Shown: in pieces, positions 1-9,691 of the stretch
Position numbering within the stretch: the stretch's first letter is position 1
Layout: every line of letters starts with the position of its first letter
Assembly (NCBI GenBank): GCA_946613135.1
Contig: CAMOFI010000001.1
Location: 1-53,538 of the forward strand
DNA from: an uncultured Bacteroidales bacterium
GTDB lineage: Bacteria; Bacteroidota; Bacteroidia; Bacteroidales; P3
Direction: 5' to 3'
DNA length: 53,538 nt
The notes under the pieces: generated by a model
What the model was told of the DNA's origin: nothing
The model's database searches: none
The model's input: the letters and a program-made list of their open reading frames with translations, nothing else
Position numbers and translations under genes: made by a program

Positions 1-170
1 ATTTATGGTAATTCCTGTTAAAAAAATGAAAGTTATTTTTGACCATTTACTTACCGTTTTCACTAAAAAAACAAAGGACATGACTGCCTGTGGCAATCAC
101 GCCCTTAAATAATATTGTCAATGTTCGTTCCGCTACAGCAAAACAGCAGCTGAGAAGCCTAAAAGAAATA

Positions 171-731
171 TCACTTGTCGAGACCTAAGGCCTTCATCAT
201 CTCCGGCTTAATCTCCTCCTGAAAAATATTACGGTACTCGTCAAATGTATAACGGCGGCTGTCGCCAGAACAAAAATACCACAACGTCATGGAAAACTCA
301 TAAGCATTCTGATATCCTTGCAAAATCTGCGTCAAACTGCCATTCCTGCTGAACAAAGCAAAAGACGGATAGCCTATCTTCTGACCCAGTATCGCACGCG
401 TAAAGGGATGCGTCTGTGCCCGCTGACCAGCCACATGGGTGTTGCTGTACTTAGTGCCGTTCCACGTGAAAGTGGACGTTCCTTCAGCGTCAAATCGCAC
501 AGGAATATAATACTTGTTCAATATCGCCGAGACTACCGGATCGCTGAACGTCTCGCGGTCCATCTTCTTGCACCAGCCGCACCACGATGTCGAGAAGTCT
601 ATGAAAATCATTTTCTTGTTCCCTTTCAGGTCTGTCTGTGCTACCTGTTCTATGGGTTTCCAGTCAACTTGGCTCTTAACCCCGTCTATCAGAAAAAACG
701 ATACAAAAAAAAGAAGTAATGCCTTTTTCAT
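171..731 (-). CDS. secreted thioredoxin-fold protein (DUF255/Thioredoxin_7-like)
   Basis: 186-aa ORF with ATG start. N-terminal signal peptide MKKALLLFFVSFFLIDGVKSQ. CxxC redox motif WCGWCK. Confidence 0.75.
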   Translation of the reverse strand: MKKALLLFFVSFFLIDGVKSQVDWKPIEQVAQTDLKGNKKMIFIDFSTSWCGWCKKMDRETFSDPVVSAILNKYYIPVRFDAEGTSTFTWNGTKYSNTHVAGQRAQTHPFTRAILGQKIGYPSFALFSRNGSLTQILQGYQNAYEFSMTLWYFCSGDSRRYTFDEYRNIFQEEIKPEMMKALGLDK

Positions 732-798
732 TCTATATTGCTTTTTTTTATTGTGTTCAACATCGACGTTTCCACGGCTGCCGAAACAACCGCTTCAA

Positions 799-806
799 CA
801 AAATTA
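799..806 (-). promoter_or_regulatory. candidate Bacteroides-type -7 promoter element (TAATTTTG on minus strand)
   Basis: Plus strand reads CAAAATTA, which is TAnnTTTG on the minus strand. It lies about 68 nt upstream of the ATG at 731. Motif match only. Confidence 0.3.
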
Positions 807-869
807 AACACAAATAACAGAAAAATTCCCTTTTTATTGTAAAACAAAATCATAAAAAATGTGAAACGG

Positions 870-2201
870 CTACCACTCTATCTTCCAATCACCTTCCACC
901 TCCTGCTTGGCAGGGTCATACTCCTCCTCCCTGTCCATACGGTCGCGAACCCTGAAGAGTTTGCCTAACCAGTCGTCCTTCTTCGACTTCTTCTTGCCCG
1001 GATTCGCCCTGTCCTCCTCTATAATCTTTGTTATCTCCGTAACAAAATGCTCCACATAACGTTCCGAGACCCCGTCGTCGTGGCGGATGCTTGCACCTGT
1101 ATAGTAGTGGCGTATTATGGAGTCGTACGCAATACCCAGCTCCACCATCCGTATGGCTCCCTCCTGGCTCAGCCCCACGCCATGTCCGTAGCCTCGTCCT
1201 TTCAGCACCACGTCGCCGCTCGCCGCATCGGTAACAACAGTAAAAAAAGTGGATTTCAACCCAAAATCCGTGCGCACACGCGTCAATGGCACACCCAATA
1301 TCTTCACCTTGCGCTCATTCTGTTCAAAACCAAGCAACTCGGCACGTACACGAGGATCCCCCACATCGAGCTTATGCGTCTTGGCAAAATAGTTCAGCCA
1401 TTTCTCTCGGGCTATCACTTTCGTCCAGGTCGACTGGCGCATGCGGTACGAGAATGTGTCCTGCACCGACCGCAGATACGGAAGCGCAGCGCGCCACACG
1501 TCCTCTGAATTAGCCGTCTGGCCTCCCGAATTGGAATGGAACGGCGTGTCTATAAGCTTGCCGTCACTGTCAACGATCGTTTCGCCGCTCGACTGCATCG
1601 TGCCTAACATTATGTCCGGACGCACGCACCTGTTCTGGTATGCCTGGCAGTGGACGTAGTCGCAGAAATTATAGCCGTCGCCCTTGTGTTTGTTCATATT
1701 GCGCATGGCCCATGTCCTCGATATCGTTGCCTGGATTCTGAATATGTCGCTCTTCTTGCCGTAGATCTCCGACTGTACCACACCGGCAAGATATGTCTCA
1801 AATTCCACATCGTTGATAATCTTCAGATTCGACCTGTCAAACGACGAAACCTCCAAGTCTCCTTCATAAGTGCGCTGTTTCACTCCGCGCGGGTTTATGC
1901 ACATGATGCATGCCGTGTCGGTAGCCCTTAGTGTCACACGCCGGTAGTCGCCATACTCATAGCCGTTGACGGCAACGCTCACCCCATTGGCCACTGGCTT
2001 CACCTCTACAGTCATACCCTCTCCCAAGCCCGGTTCGAGAAGCAGCGTGTCGTTGGCATACAAATCATACAGCCCCAGGTCGAACGACACATACACCGCC
2101 TCAATCTTGTTGTTCGAAAATAAGCGAACCTTTATTTTCTCTGCCTTGGCGACAAAAAAAGCCGACACCATAAGCAGGCACACGAAAATCTTTTTTGTCA
2201 T
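870..2201 (-). CDS. SpoIID/LytB domain-containing protein (amidase enhancer-like)
   Basis: 443-aa ORF with signal peptide. SpoIID family hallmarks HSNSGGQTANSEDVW and GRGYGHGVGLSQEGA. Confidence 0.85.
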   Translation of the reverse strand: MTKKIFVCLLMVSAFFVAKAEKIKVRLFSNNKIEAVYVSFDLGLYDLYANDTLLLEPGLGEGMTVEVKPVANGVSVAVNGYEYGDYRRVTLRATDTACIMCINPRGVKQRTYEGDLEVSSFDRSNLKIINDVEFETYLAGVVQSEIYGKKSDIFRIQATISRTWAMRNMNKHKGDGYNFCDYVHCQAYQNRCVRPDIMLGTMQSSGETIVDSDGKLIDTPFHSNSGGQTANSEDVWRAALPYLRSVQDTFSYRMRQSTWTKVIAREKWLNYFAKTHKLDVGDPRVRAELLGFEQNERKVKILGVPLTRVRTDFGLKSTFFTVVTDAASGDVVLKGRGYGHGVGLSQEGAIRMVELGIAYDSIIRHYYTGASIRHDDGVSERYVEHFVTEITKIIEEDRANPGKKKSKKDDWLGKLFRVRDRMDREEEYDPAKQEVEGDWKIEW

Positions 2202-2243
2202 ATTATATCGGTTGTTGTTTCTTTACTGCAATAGTCCATGCTT

Positions 2244-3398
2244 CTACATCCTGCCGTTTCTGGCCACCCATATTATCTCTTCCGCAGTCCTGCGTGACGC
2301 ACCCTCGCCACCAAGTATCTCCGCCACCTCGTCATATCCCTCCTTCATCCTCTCGCGGACAGCTTCATCCGTCGCAATTCTCTCAAACTCGGCATCAAGC
2401 CGACCAAAACCAAAATCGTCTTGAATCAGTTCGCTCACTATACGGCGGTCTGCTATCAAATTAACAAGTGATATGTACCTGATCCTCGACGCTATCAGCC
2501 GTCTCGCTATGGCCGCCGATATCGGATTGCACTGATAGCACACCACCTGCGGCACCCGAAACAGGCCCGTCTCGAGCGTCGCCGTACCAGAGCATACCAC
2601 CGCAGCATGCGACACCGCCAGCAAGTCGTACGTCGCATCGTACACCATCTCTACAGGCGCCCCCTTGGGCAACAGCATCTCATAAAAGTCGCTCCCTATC
2701 AGGCTCATCCCTGCAATAACAAATCTGAACTCCCGGTGCTTTTCGGCAAGCCTCACCATCTCGGGCAGCATCTTCTTCAGCTCCTGCTTCCGGCTCCCCG
2801 GCAGCAAAGCCACAATCTGCCTATCGTCACTCCCTCGCTGCATAACCTCTTTCCCTTCTTCTCTGTAGCGTTTCACCTCATCCATCAGCGGATGGCCCAC
2901 ATATACCGCTTGCGGCATGGCATTCTCTTCAAAGTATTTTTTCTCCATAGGCAATATGTAGCACATACTGTCGAAGTATTTGCGCATCGTGCGCAGACGT
3001 CCCTTCTTCCAGGCCCATACCTGTGGCGAGATATAATGTACGTATCTTATACCCTTTTTATGTGCAAAACGAGCTATCTTGAGATTAAACCCCGGATAGT
3101 CTATTCCAACCACCACATCTGGTTTATAGTCCATTATGTCTTGTTTGCAGAATCTTATATTGCCCAGCACAGAACCAAGGTGCGACACAACTTCCACTAT
3201 GCCCATAAATGCCATCTCACGGATGTCCCTTACCTGTTCAATATGTCCCTCGCGTCCATATCTCGTTGCCACCGAAACCATTCGGGCTCCGCCCCAAAAA
3301 CGGATATCCGCTTCGTTATCGGCTGTCAGCAACTCTTTGATCAGATTGGCACCATGCAAATCACCCGACGCTTCGCCGGCTATAATATAGTACCTCAT
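2244..3398 (-). CDS. lpxB: lipid-A-disaccharide synthase
   Basis: 384 aa. N-terminus MRYYIIAGEASGDLHGANLIKEL is typical of LpxB (GT19). Sits near surE, a surE-lpxB neighbourhood I recall as typical of Bacteroidota. Confidence 0.93.
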   Translation of the reverse strand: MRYYIIAGEASGDLHGANLIKELLTADNEADIRFWGGARMVSVATRYGREGHIEQVRDIREMAFMGIVEVVSHLGSVLGNIRFCKQDIMDYKPDVVVGIDYPGFNLKIARFAHKKGIRYVHYISPQVWAWKKGRLRTMRKYFDSMCYILPMEKKYFEENAMPQAVYVGHPLMDEVKRYREEGKEVMQRGSDDRQIVALLPGSRKQELKKMLPEMVRLAEKHREFRFVIAGMSLIGSDFYEMLLPKGAPVEMVYDATYDLLAVSHAAVVCSGTATLETGLFRVPQVVCYQCNPISAAIARRLIASRIRYISLVNLIADRRIVSELIQDDFGFGRLDAEFERIATDEAVRERMKEGYDEVAEILGGEGASRRTAEEIIWVARNGRM

Positions 3399-3682
3399 AA
3401 TGTCAGCTCTCCAGATTTAATCACGGCATACATGTACACAACAAAGGTGACAAACAAGGTCACTATCAATGTTTTGGTAACGACAGGCATTTCCTTCTTC
3501 TTAGCATAGTGTCTGAGCAGCAGCAACGGCGCCACAAAGACCACTCCAAAAAGCCTTACATGCTTTGCCACAGGCTCTCCCACGACGGCAAGCACCACAA
3601 TCAATGCCACTGCCGACACGGCCTCCGACACTACGGCCATCGACAAGCCTGTAATTATATTGTCTTTTATCGGTATCTTCAT
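3395..3682 (-). CDS. small hydrophobic membrane protein (about 3 TM), unknown function
   Basis: 95-aa ORF with ATG start. Its stop overlaps the lpxB start (ATGA). Three hydrophobic stretches. No recognisable family. Confidence 0.5.
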   Translation of the reverse strand: MKIPIKDNIITGLSMAVVSEAVSAVALIVVLAVVGEPVAKHVRLFGVVFVAPLLLLRHYAKKKEMPVVTKTLIVTLFVTFVVYMYAVIKSGELTL

Positions 3683-3811
3683 TTTTTCTATTTGTTTTGG
3701 CTATACTCTCAGACTCTGTTTTTGCCCGTAGCGATACGGTTTCTCGTTATATGTTTTAACCAAGACTCGTTGACCGACGTTTTTGTCGACTGGTGATACA
3801 CGGGCAAGCCG

Positions 3812-4576
3812 TCATTCAAAAATGGACTTTATCAAACCAAGACTATCATACGCTGTCGAGTCCGTCGATGTCGGCACCACCGACACATACCCGTTTTCAA
3901 GGGCCCACTGGTCGGTTCCCTCACCGTTGTCGTCACACTCAAATCTGCCCGTCAGCCAGTAATACGGCCTACCATGCGGATCGACACGTTTCTCGTAGCT
4001 GTCCAGCCACCGCGCCATCGACTGACGGCATACCTTTACCCCTTTCAGACTTCCTTCAGCATGCTCAGGAAAATTCACGTTCAGCGCAACGCCTCCCGGC
4101 AAGCCATGGTCCATCACTCTGTCTACAATTTGACACATATATGGCTTCAACGGCTCGAAATCAGCTTCTGGACTATGATTGAGTAACGAAAAACCTACCG
4201 ACGGTATTCCCATCAGTGTCGCTTCAATCACAGCGCCCATAGTGCCTGAATAGACAATGTTTATAGACGCATTGCTTCCGTGGTTCACTCCAGAAAGCAA
4301 CAAGTCGGGTCTGCGAGGACAGAAATTCTCCACACCAAGCTTCACGCAATCCACAGGTGTACCGTCGCATGCATAAATTCTTATCCCGTCGGCCTCAGAT
4401 ATGTTATCCACACGGATTGGACGTCCACCTGTAAGCGAATGCGCCAGTCCCGACGCGTTGCACAGCGGAGCCATGACAACCACATCTCCCACATCGCGGG
4501 CAACAGAAATCAACGCCCTTATGCCTTTCGACTGGTAACCGTCGTCATTTGTTATAAAAATCAACGGCTTCATCAT
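3812..4576 (-). CDS. surE: 5'/3'-nucleotidase SurE
   Basis: 254 aa. N-terminal LIFITNDDGYQSKGIRAL and GVNHGSN motifs are characteristic of SurE. Confidence 0.93.
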   Translation of the reverse strand: MMKPLIFITNDDGYQSKGIRALISVARDVGDVVVMAPLCNASGLAHSLTGGRPIRVDNISEADGIRIYACDGTPVDCVKLGVENFCPRRPDLLLSGVNHGSNASINIVYSGTMGAVIEATLMGIPSVGFSLLNHSPEADFEPLKPYMCQIVDRVMDHGLPGGVALNVNFPEHAEGSLKGVKVCRQSMARWLDSYEKRVDPHGRPYYWLTGRFECDDNGEGTDQWALENGYVSVVPTSTDSTAYDSLGLIKSIFE

Positions 4577-5658
4577 TTGGCGATAGCGCTACTGTTACGC
4601 CCCAGGAAGAAGGATGCAGGTTGAAGGATATTGTCAAAAACATAGTACTGGATCAGAACTGTATCCTTTTTGTCCAATACAGCATACAGCCTGTCGAGGT
4701 CGAAGATTTTATACATCGTAGTGTCAGGCATAGCCTTTATGTCGTCCGGGTTGGCATATTTAACGTATGTCTTCAGTTCCGTCTCTTTTCCATCGGTATC
4801 GGTGATCTTCAATATCGTGCGTGGTGCGGCAGAAAATGTTGTGTCCAATTCCGCCTTGGGAACGGCTTTTGCAAACTCGTCGAAATTGAGGTTGACAAAC
4901 GACGACAGCAATTGCGCCACCCTGGCCGTGTCGAAACCATCGACACGTTGCATAGGATTCATAAGGTTGAACACAAAACCATCGCCCTCCCTGACCAAAC
5001 TGAACGACTCGGACGGCATATTGGGTATATCCAGTTCCACCTTCTCAATTCTCTGCACCGGCAGGCTTACTATACTATGGCTACGCCACAGCAATGGGTC
5101 GATGACAAATCGCGGCGAAAGGCATCCCCTGAATCCAGGTATATGCATCTCCATCGGTGCCTCGTCGCCTTCACGGTACATATAGGTGGCCATCATGTCC
5201 TGTGTATCATGGCCTACATATATCACCTCGCATCTCTCATACGGAAACAGCCGGAATTTTCCATTGAACCAATTGATACGGTAGTCTTTGTAGTACACCT
5301 CCACCTTCACACTCTTCGCAGCTATCTGGTTTATCACTGTCTCTTTTGCATTTTTGTTCACCACACCCCTAATCCTCATTTCAGCAAGGGTCTCCAGCAG
5401 CAGGTCTACCATCGGCTGGCTTGCCACATACTTCTCGTCAACATACCATGTAGTGTCATCCTGCATCGTGAGCAAAACTTTGTTGTTCTCTTTGTCTGCA
5501 AGGTATATCTTGTCAACAAGTCCAGGTATGGCGGCGGCTTCTATCTGGAAATCCTGCTCGAAGGTATGGTTCTTGCCTCTTACCAGCACCACTACCAGCG
5601 TCGCGATACCCATAACCACGACAACTCCCGCCGTCCAAAGGGTTTTATTTTTTTTCAT
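4573..5658 (-). CDS. membrane-anchored protein, DUF4340-like (GldG-associated)
   Basis: 361 aa with a single N-terminal TM. Its stop overlaps the surE start by 4 nt. It lies immediately downstream of the GldF/GldG-like gene, where DUF4340 proteins usually sit. The family call rests on context and general resemblance. Confidence 0.55.
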   Translation of the reverse strand: MKKNKTLWTAGVVVVMGIATLVVVLVRGKNHTFEQDFQIEAAAIPGLVDKIYLADKENNKVLLTMQDDTTWYVDEKYVASQPMVDLLLETLAEMRIRGVVNKNAKETVINQIAAKSVKVEVYYKDYRINWFNGKFRLFPYERCEVIYVGHDTQDMMATYMYREGDEAPMEMHIPGFRGCLSPRFVIDPLLWRSHSIVSLPVQRIEKVELDIPNMPSESFSLVREGDGFVFNLMNPMQRVDGFDTARVAQLLSSFVNLNFDEFAKAVPKAELDTTFSAAPRTILKITDTDGKETELKTYVKYANPDDIKAMPDTTMYKIFDLDRLYAVLDKKDTVLIQYYVFDNILQPASFFLGRNSSAIAK

Positions 5659-5691
5659 CTTTAGTTTTTCGTTATATGTTGATATGTCTTT

Positions 5692-8148
5692 TTATCTGTG
5701 ACGTCTCGAGTTAGCCATCCTCCTCTTCAGCAGCACAACACCTGCAAGCACAAGCACCGAGAGAACGGGATAGAACATGTTGGCAAACTGATACGCTCCT
5801 CGTTTTTCCTTTACTTTTGCCAAATCGAGACGGCGTATCGATATATTTCTTGGACGTGCATCTATCATACCCTCATCGCCTGCCAGATAGTTGATAGCAT
5901 TAAGGATGAATGTCTTGTTGGCAAACTCCACATTGGTATATCTGTCATAACCCAACGGGAACGGATAGCGGCCCTGTTCGCTCATGGCCGTTCCGTTGCG
6001 TATCATGTCTCCATCCGACACAACAATCATCTGCGTCGGCTTGTCGCAGGCAGCTTTGTAGCCTATCTCGTTATGCTCGACAAATTCCGCTGCAAGACGG
6101 CCCCTATACAGCGACTTGAACTTGCCCTCGAGCAGCACAGCGACAGGCAACGCGCTACGGTTAAACAACTGGTTGTTCACCTCGATCATGGCATCACTGA
6201 GTTGAATATTCACTGGGGCATTCTTGATATGTACGTGGTCAGAAGTGGTCAGCAGCACCGTCTTCTCAATATCATTGTCTATCAAGTCAATACTACTGAC
6301 AAAATCCGTCTTCAGCACATCCAGGTTGCGGACGATAGGATGGGTCGAGTTTGGAACGAGCGTAGGAAAATAATACCATGGCACGAGCTGCATCCTGTTG
6401 TCTGTGCCCATCATGGGAATGCCACGGCAGCGGTAGTCCATAATCAAATCCGGATTGATGCGGATTCCATAGTTGAAGAACAGCTCGTCAAGGTTGGTCG
6501 ACAGACGTGTGGCAAAGGTTTGTGGTTTGTCCTGAAGGCTGTCCATGTCGGCATCTAAAGCATCGACGAGCCACAGTATCTTGCCTCCATACATCACAAA
6601 CTGGTCAATAACATATAGATCCTTGTCTGTAAACGCCTTGATGGGTTTGGGCACAACAAGCACATCGAATTTGTTTCTCACACTGACACTCGAGTCCCTC
6701 GTATCCATAACTCTCCCGGTCAATGCATCAATATTTCTGTCGAGGTAAACATTTTCAACAGTATAGTCTTCAACCAGCGACATCTGTATGTCAAACAAGT
6801 CAATCTTCTCGAGTTCGCCATGACCAAGAAGGAATCCCACCTTCGACTTCACAGGACGCGTAAGCCTATGTATCGCAGTGACAAAATTGTATTCGAGGTT
6901 CTCGACCGAAGTGTTGACAACCTCGTCGGTAGAACGGCCACTGACTCCTGACGACTGCAATTGCATTGCCGTCTCACGTCCCATATACGACACCTCCATC
7001 GAAGGATACACCACCTGCTGTTTCTGCACACCATTGTCTTCCGACGTGACAGGTATCGGTGTAAGCCCCTTTTTGGCAAGCATCTCATAAAACTGCCTTT
7101 TCTCCTCGTCAGTCTTTAGCTGGTTGGGGTCTACAAACTCATACTCCACATATCTGCTGTAGGCTCTGAACTGGTCCAGCATGTCTTTAATCTCGTTACG
7201 GAACCGTCGGTATTCTACCGGCAGGTCCTCACCTTCAAGGTATATCCTGAAAAGGACCTGCTCGTCAAGTTTCCTGAGCATTTCCTTGGAACTCTTCGAA
7301 AGGGTGTAGCGTCTCTCCTGCGTCAAATCGGCCCTTGTAAACAGATAGCTGCTTATAACATTGACAAATATAACCACCAAAAGCACAGCCATAAAGCCAA
7401 TGGACGTTTGTTTTCTGCTACTCGTCATTCGCCATCTGAGCACCATTCTGGTCAGCATCATAAAGACTATGGTGACCGATATGAAATAGAACACATCGCG
7501 TGTATCGACCACGCCTCTTGACATCGACTCATAGTGCGCCTGCAATCCTAACTCCCTAAGCAGCAGTGCAGCACGTCCATGCATAAGCTGATAGAGAGAC
7601 TCGAAGCCCAGATAGCAGAATGCACAAAGAAGTGCAGCAATAATGAAAGCTACAATTTGGTTGTTGGTAAGCGACGAGGCAAAAAGACCTATGGCCACAA
7701 AAGCTGCCGCGAGGAAGACCAATCCAATATAAGAACCCACAACGGAGCCCGTATCGATATTACCCACAGGGTCTCCAAGCCGATACACCGACCAATAATA
7801 GATCAACGTGGGTATCAACGAGACAACGACAAGGGTAAGTCCGGCCAAAAATTTGGCTGCGACAATGGTAAATTCAGACAAGGGCTTTGTCAGCAACAGC
7901 TCTAACGTTCCCGTCCTCTTTTCCTCGGCAAACATCCTCATCGTTATCGCCGGAATCAGAAAAAGATAGAGGAACGGCCCGAGCATAAAGAGACCGTCAA
8001 GCCCAGCATACTTGTAGTCCAGCAAGTTGAAACCACTCTTGAACACCCATAGCATCAAACCTGTAACTACAAGGAATACGACTATTGTCAAATATCCCGT
8101 CAATGACGAGAAAAATGATGAAATCTCTTTTTTGAATAATGCAAACAT
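5692..8148 (-). CDS. fused ABC-2-type permease (GldF-like) / GldG-like auxiliary protein
   Basis: 818 aa. The first roughly 240 aa are a multi-TM ABC-2 permease. The remaining roughly 570 aa are a large extracytoplasmic GldG-like domain ending in a C-terminal TM (YPVLSVLVLAGVVLL). One continuous ORF. Confidence 0.75.
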   Translation of the reverse strand: MFALFKKEISSFFSSLTGYLTIVVFLVVTGLMLWVFKSGFNLLDYKYAGLDGLFMLGPFLYLFLIPAITMRMFAEEKRTGTLELLLTKPLSEFTIVAAKFLAGLTLVVVSLIPTLIYYWSVYRLGDPVGNIDTGSVVGSYIGLVFLAAAFVAIGLFASSLTNNQIVAFIIAALLCAFCYLGFESLYQLMHGRAALLLRELGLQAHYESMSRGVVDTRDVFYFISVTIVFMMLTRMVLRWRMTSSRKQTSIGFMAVLLVVIFVNVISSYLFTRADLTQERRYTLSKSSKEMLRKLDEQVLFRIYLEGEDLPVEYRRFRNEIKDMLDQFRAYSRYVEYEFVDPNQLKTDEEKRQFYEMLAKKGLTPIPVTSEDNGVQKQQVVYPSMEVSYMGRETAMQLQSSGVSGRSTDEVVNTSVENLEYNFVTAIHRLTRPVKSKVGFLLGHGELEKIDLFDIQMSLVEDYTVENVYLDRNIDALTGRVMDTRDSSVSVRNKFDVLVVPKPIKAFTDKDLYVIDQFVMYGGKILWLVDALDADMDSLQDKPQTFATRLSTNLDELFFNYGIRINPDLIMDYRCRGIPMMGTDNRMQLVPWYYFPTLVPNSTHPIVRNLDVLKTDFVSSIDLIDNDIEKTVLLTTSDHVHIKNAPVNIQLSDAMIEVNNQLFNRSALPVAVLLEGKFKSLYRGRLAAEFVEHNEIGYKAACDKPTQMIVVSDGDMIRNGTAMSEQGRYPFPLGYDRYTNVEFANKTFILNAINYLAGDEGMIDARPRNISIRRLDLAKVKEKRGAYQFANMFYPVLSVLVLAGVVLLKRRMANSRRHR

Positions 8149-8168
8149 TCTACTGTCAAGAGTTTTTA

Positions 8169-9647
8169 TTAATCAAATTTGACACGTTTTGAATCGTTCG
8201 AGCGGCCCTGATATTCACCAAACGAAAGGTCGAGAACCGTTTCGAAAAGGAGCTGGGTCGCTTTTAACACAAACTTCCTGTCTATATTTTCGACAATGTC
8301 ACTCGGGACATGGGCGTGCCTGTTGCCTTTATAGCCGGTAAAATTTATGCTCGGGATGCCGACATGGTCAAACGCCGCAGCATTGCCCTTCGGCATTGTC
8401 TTCACAGAGGTCAGCATATCGTTACCACAATAAAGCGTGTCGACTCTCCGTGCAACATTCCACAGATGCGGATAGCGCCTGTTGCCCAACACGGCTATGC
8501 TGTCGCCACTGCCAATCTTGCTGACATCGACATATGCCTCTATACGCTTCAGTGGCTTGAAGTTGGACACAAAAATCCGCGAACCCAGCCACTGCTGTTC
8601 GCCACCAGCGAACAGGACGAACACCACACTACGCGACGGCTGGTCGTCAGACTGGCTCAGCATACGTGCCGTCTCGAGCAAGGCAGACACTCCCGATGCA
8701 TTGTCGTCTGCTCCTGGAAACAGGCATGTAGTACCCTGCATACCAACATGGTCGAGGTTGGCGCCAACAACAACATACTCGTTGGCGAGCTTGGGGTCGC
8801 TGCCGGGATAAATACCTATAATATTTGTTGTCAAGGCAGCCGGATGATATTTAGCATTGACCTCTATCTCGAATTTCTTGCGCAGATGGAACGACATCGG
8901 TTTTTGTCCGTTTTTCATTCCTTGAATTGCTTCTTCGAGAGTCATAAGTTCACCTTCTAAAAGACGGTCGCCGCAATCTCTTGTCGGTTGAATCACCGGG
9001 AATGTGGCCTCATGAGGCAGTGAGCCGTTATACACATTCCCCTGCACCTCATAAGGCGAGCAGTTTTGCGACATATTGATTACCACCAAAGCGCAAGCGC
9101 CATGTTTTTTTGCGACACGTGCCTTGTCTCTTATCTGCTCATATTTCGAAGTCACAGCACTCGGGAGGAAATCCGGCACTCCGCTAAGGACCATCACAAC
9201 TTTGCCTTTAGCGTCGACATCAGCATATTCGTCGAAGGCTCCATTGTCGATACCATAGCCGCAGAAAACGACAGGAGCGTCTGCATAGCCACGACCGGAC
9301 ATACCGGCACAACAGAAATCACGTCCCAAGACATAAACCTGACGCGAGTCGGCATTTTTGTAGCTATTGAACGTGCAGTTTTCTATCTTGTTGCATTCTG
9401 TCTCGAAATACTGCGTCCATTCGCCGCCATAGGGTTGCACGCCGTATCGCTCAAGAGCATTGACGACATAGTCGGCAGCCGAAAGAAACTCGTCCGTACC
9501 CGACAGACGACCTTCATACACCGACGAAGACAAATCTCTTATGTGGTTGATCAGTGTGTCGATTGATGCCTGCTGGGCCTGCACAGGATGCATCGCCAGC
9601 ATGCATCCGCACATCGTCAGCATCAATATCCCCTTTTTCAGTTTCAT
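8169..9647 (-). CDS. M28 family metallopeptidase with PA domain
   Basis: 492 aa with signal peptide. M28 zinc-site region NLDHVGMQG ... GADDNASGVSALLE. Confidence 0.85.
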   Translation of the reverse strand: MKLKKGILMLTMCGCMLAMHPVQAQQASIDTLINHIRDLSSSVYEGRLSGTDEFLSAADYVVNALERYGVQPYGGEWTQYFETECNKIENCTFNSYKNADSRQVYVLGRDFCCAGMSGRGYADAPVVFCGYGIDNGAFDEYADVDAKGKVVMVLSGVPDFLPSAVTSKYEQIRDKARVAKKHGACALVVINMSQNCSPYEVQGNVYNGSLPHEATFPVIQPTRDCGDRLLEGELMTLEEAIQGMKNGQKPMSFHLRKKFEIEVNAKYHPAALTTNIIGIYPGSDPKLANEYVVVGANLDHVGMQGTTCLFPGADDNASGVSALLETARMLSQSDDQPSRSVVFVLFAGGEQQWLGSRIFVSNFKPLKRIEAYVDVSKIGSGDSIAVLGNRRYPHLWNVARRVDTLYCGNDMLTSVKTMPKGNAAAFDHVGIPSINFTGYKGNRHAHVPSDIVENIDRKFVLKATQLLFETVLDLSFGEYQGRSNDSKRVKFD

Positions 9648-9691
9648 AATTAATATAATTAAAGGTTAGTGTTTTTTTACTTCCTGCTATC

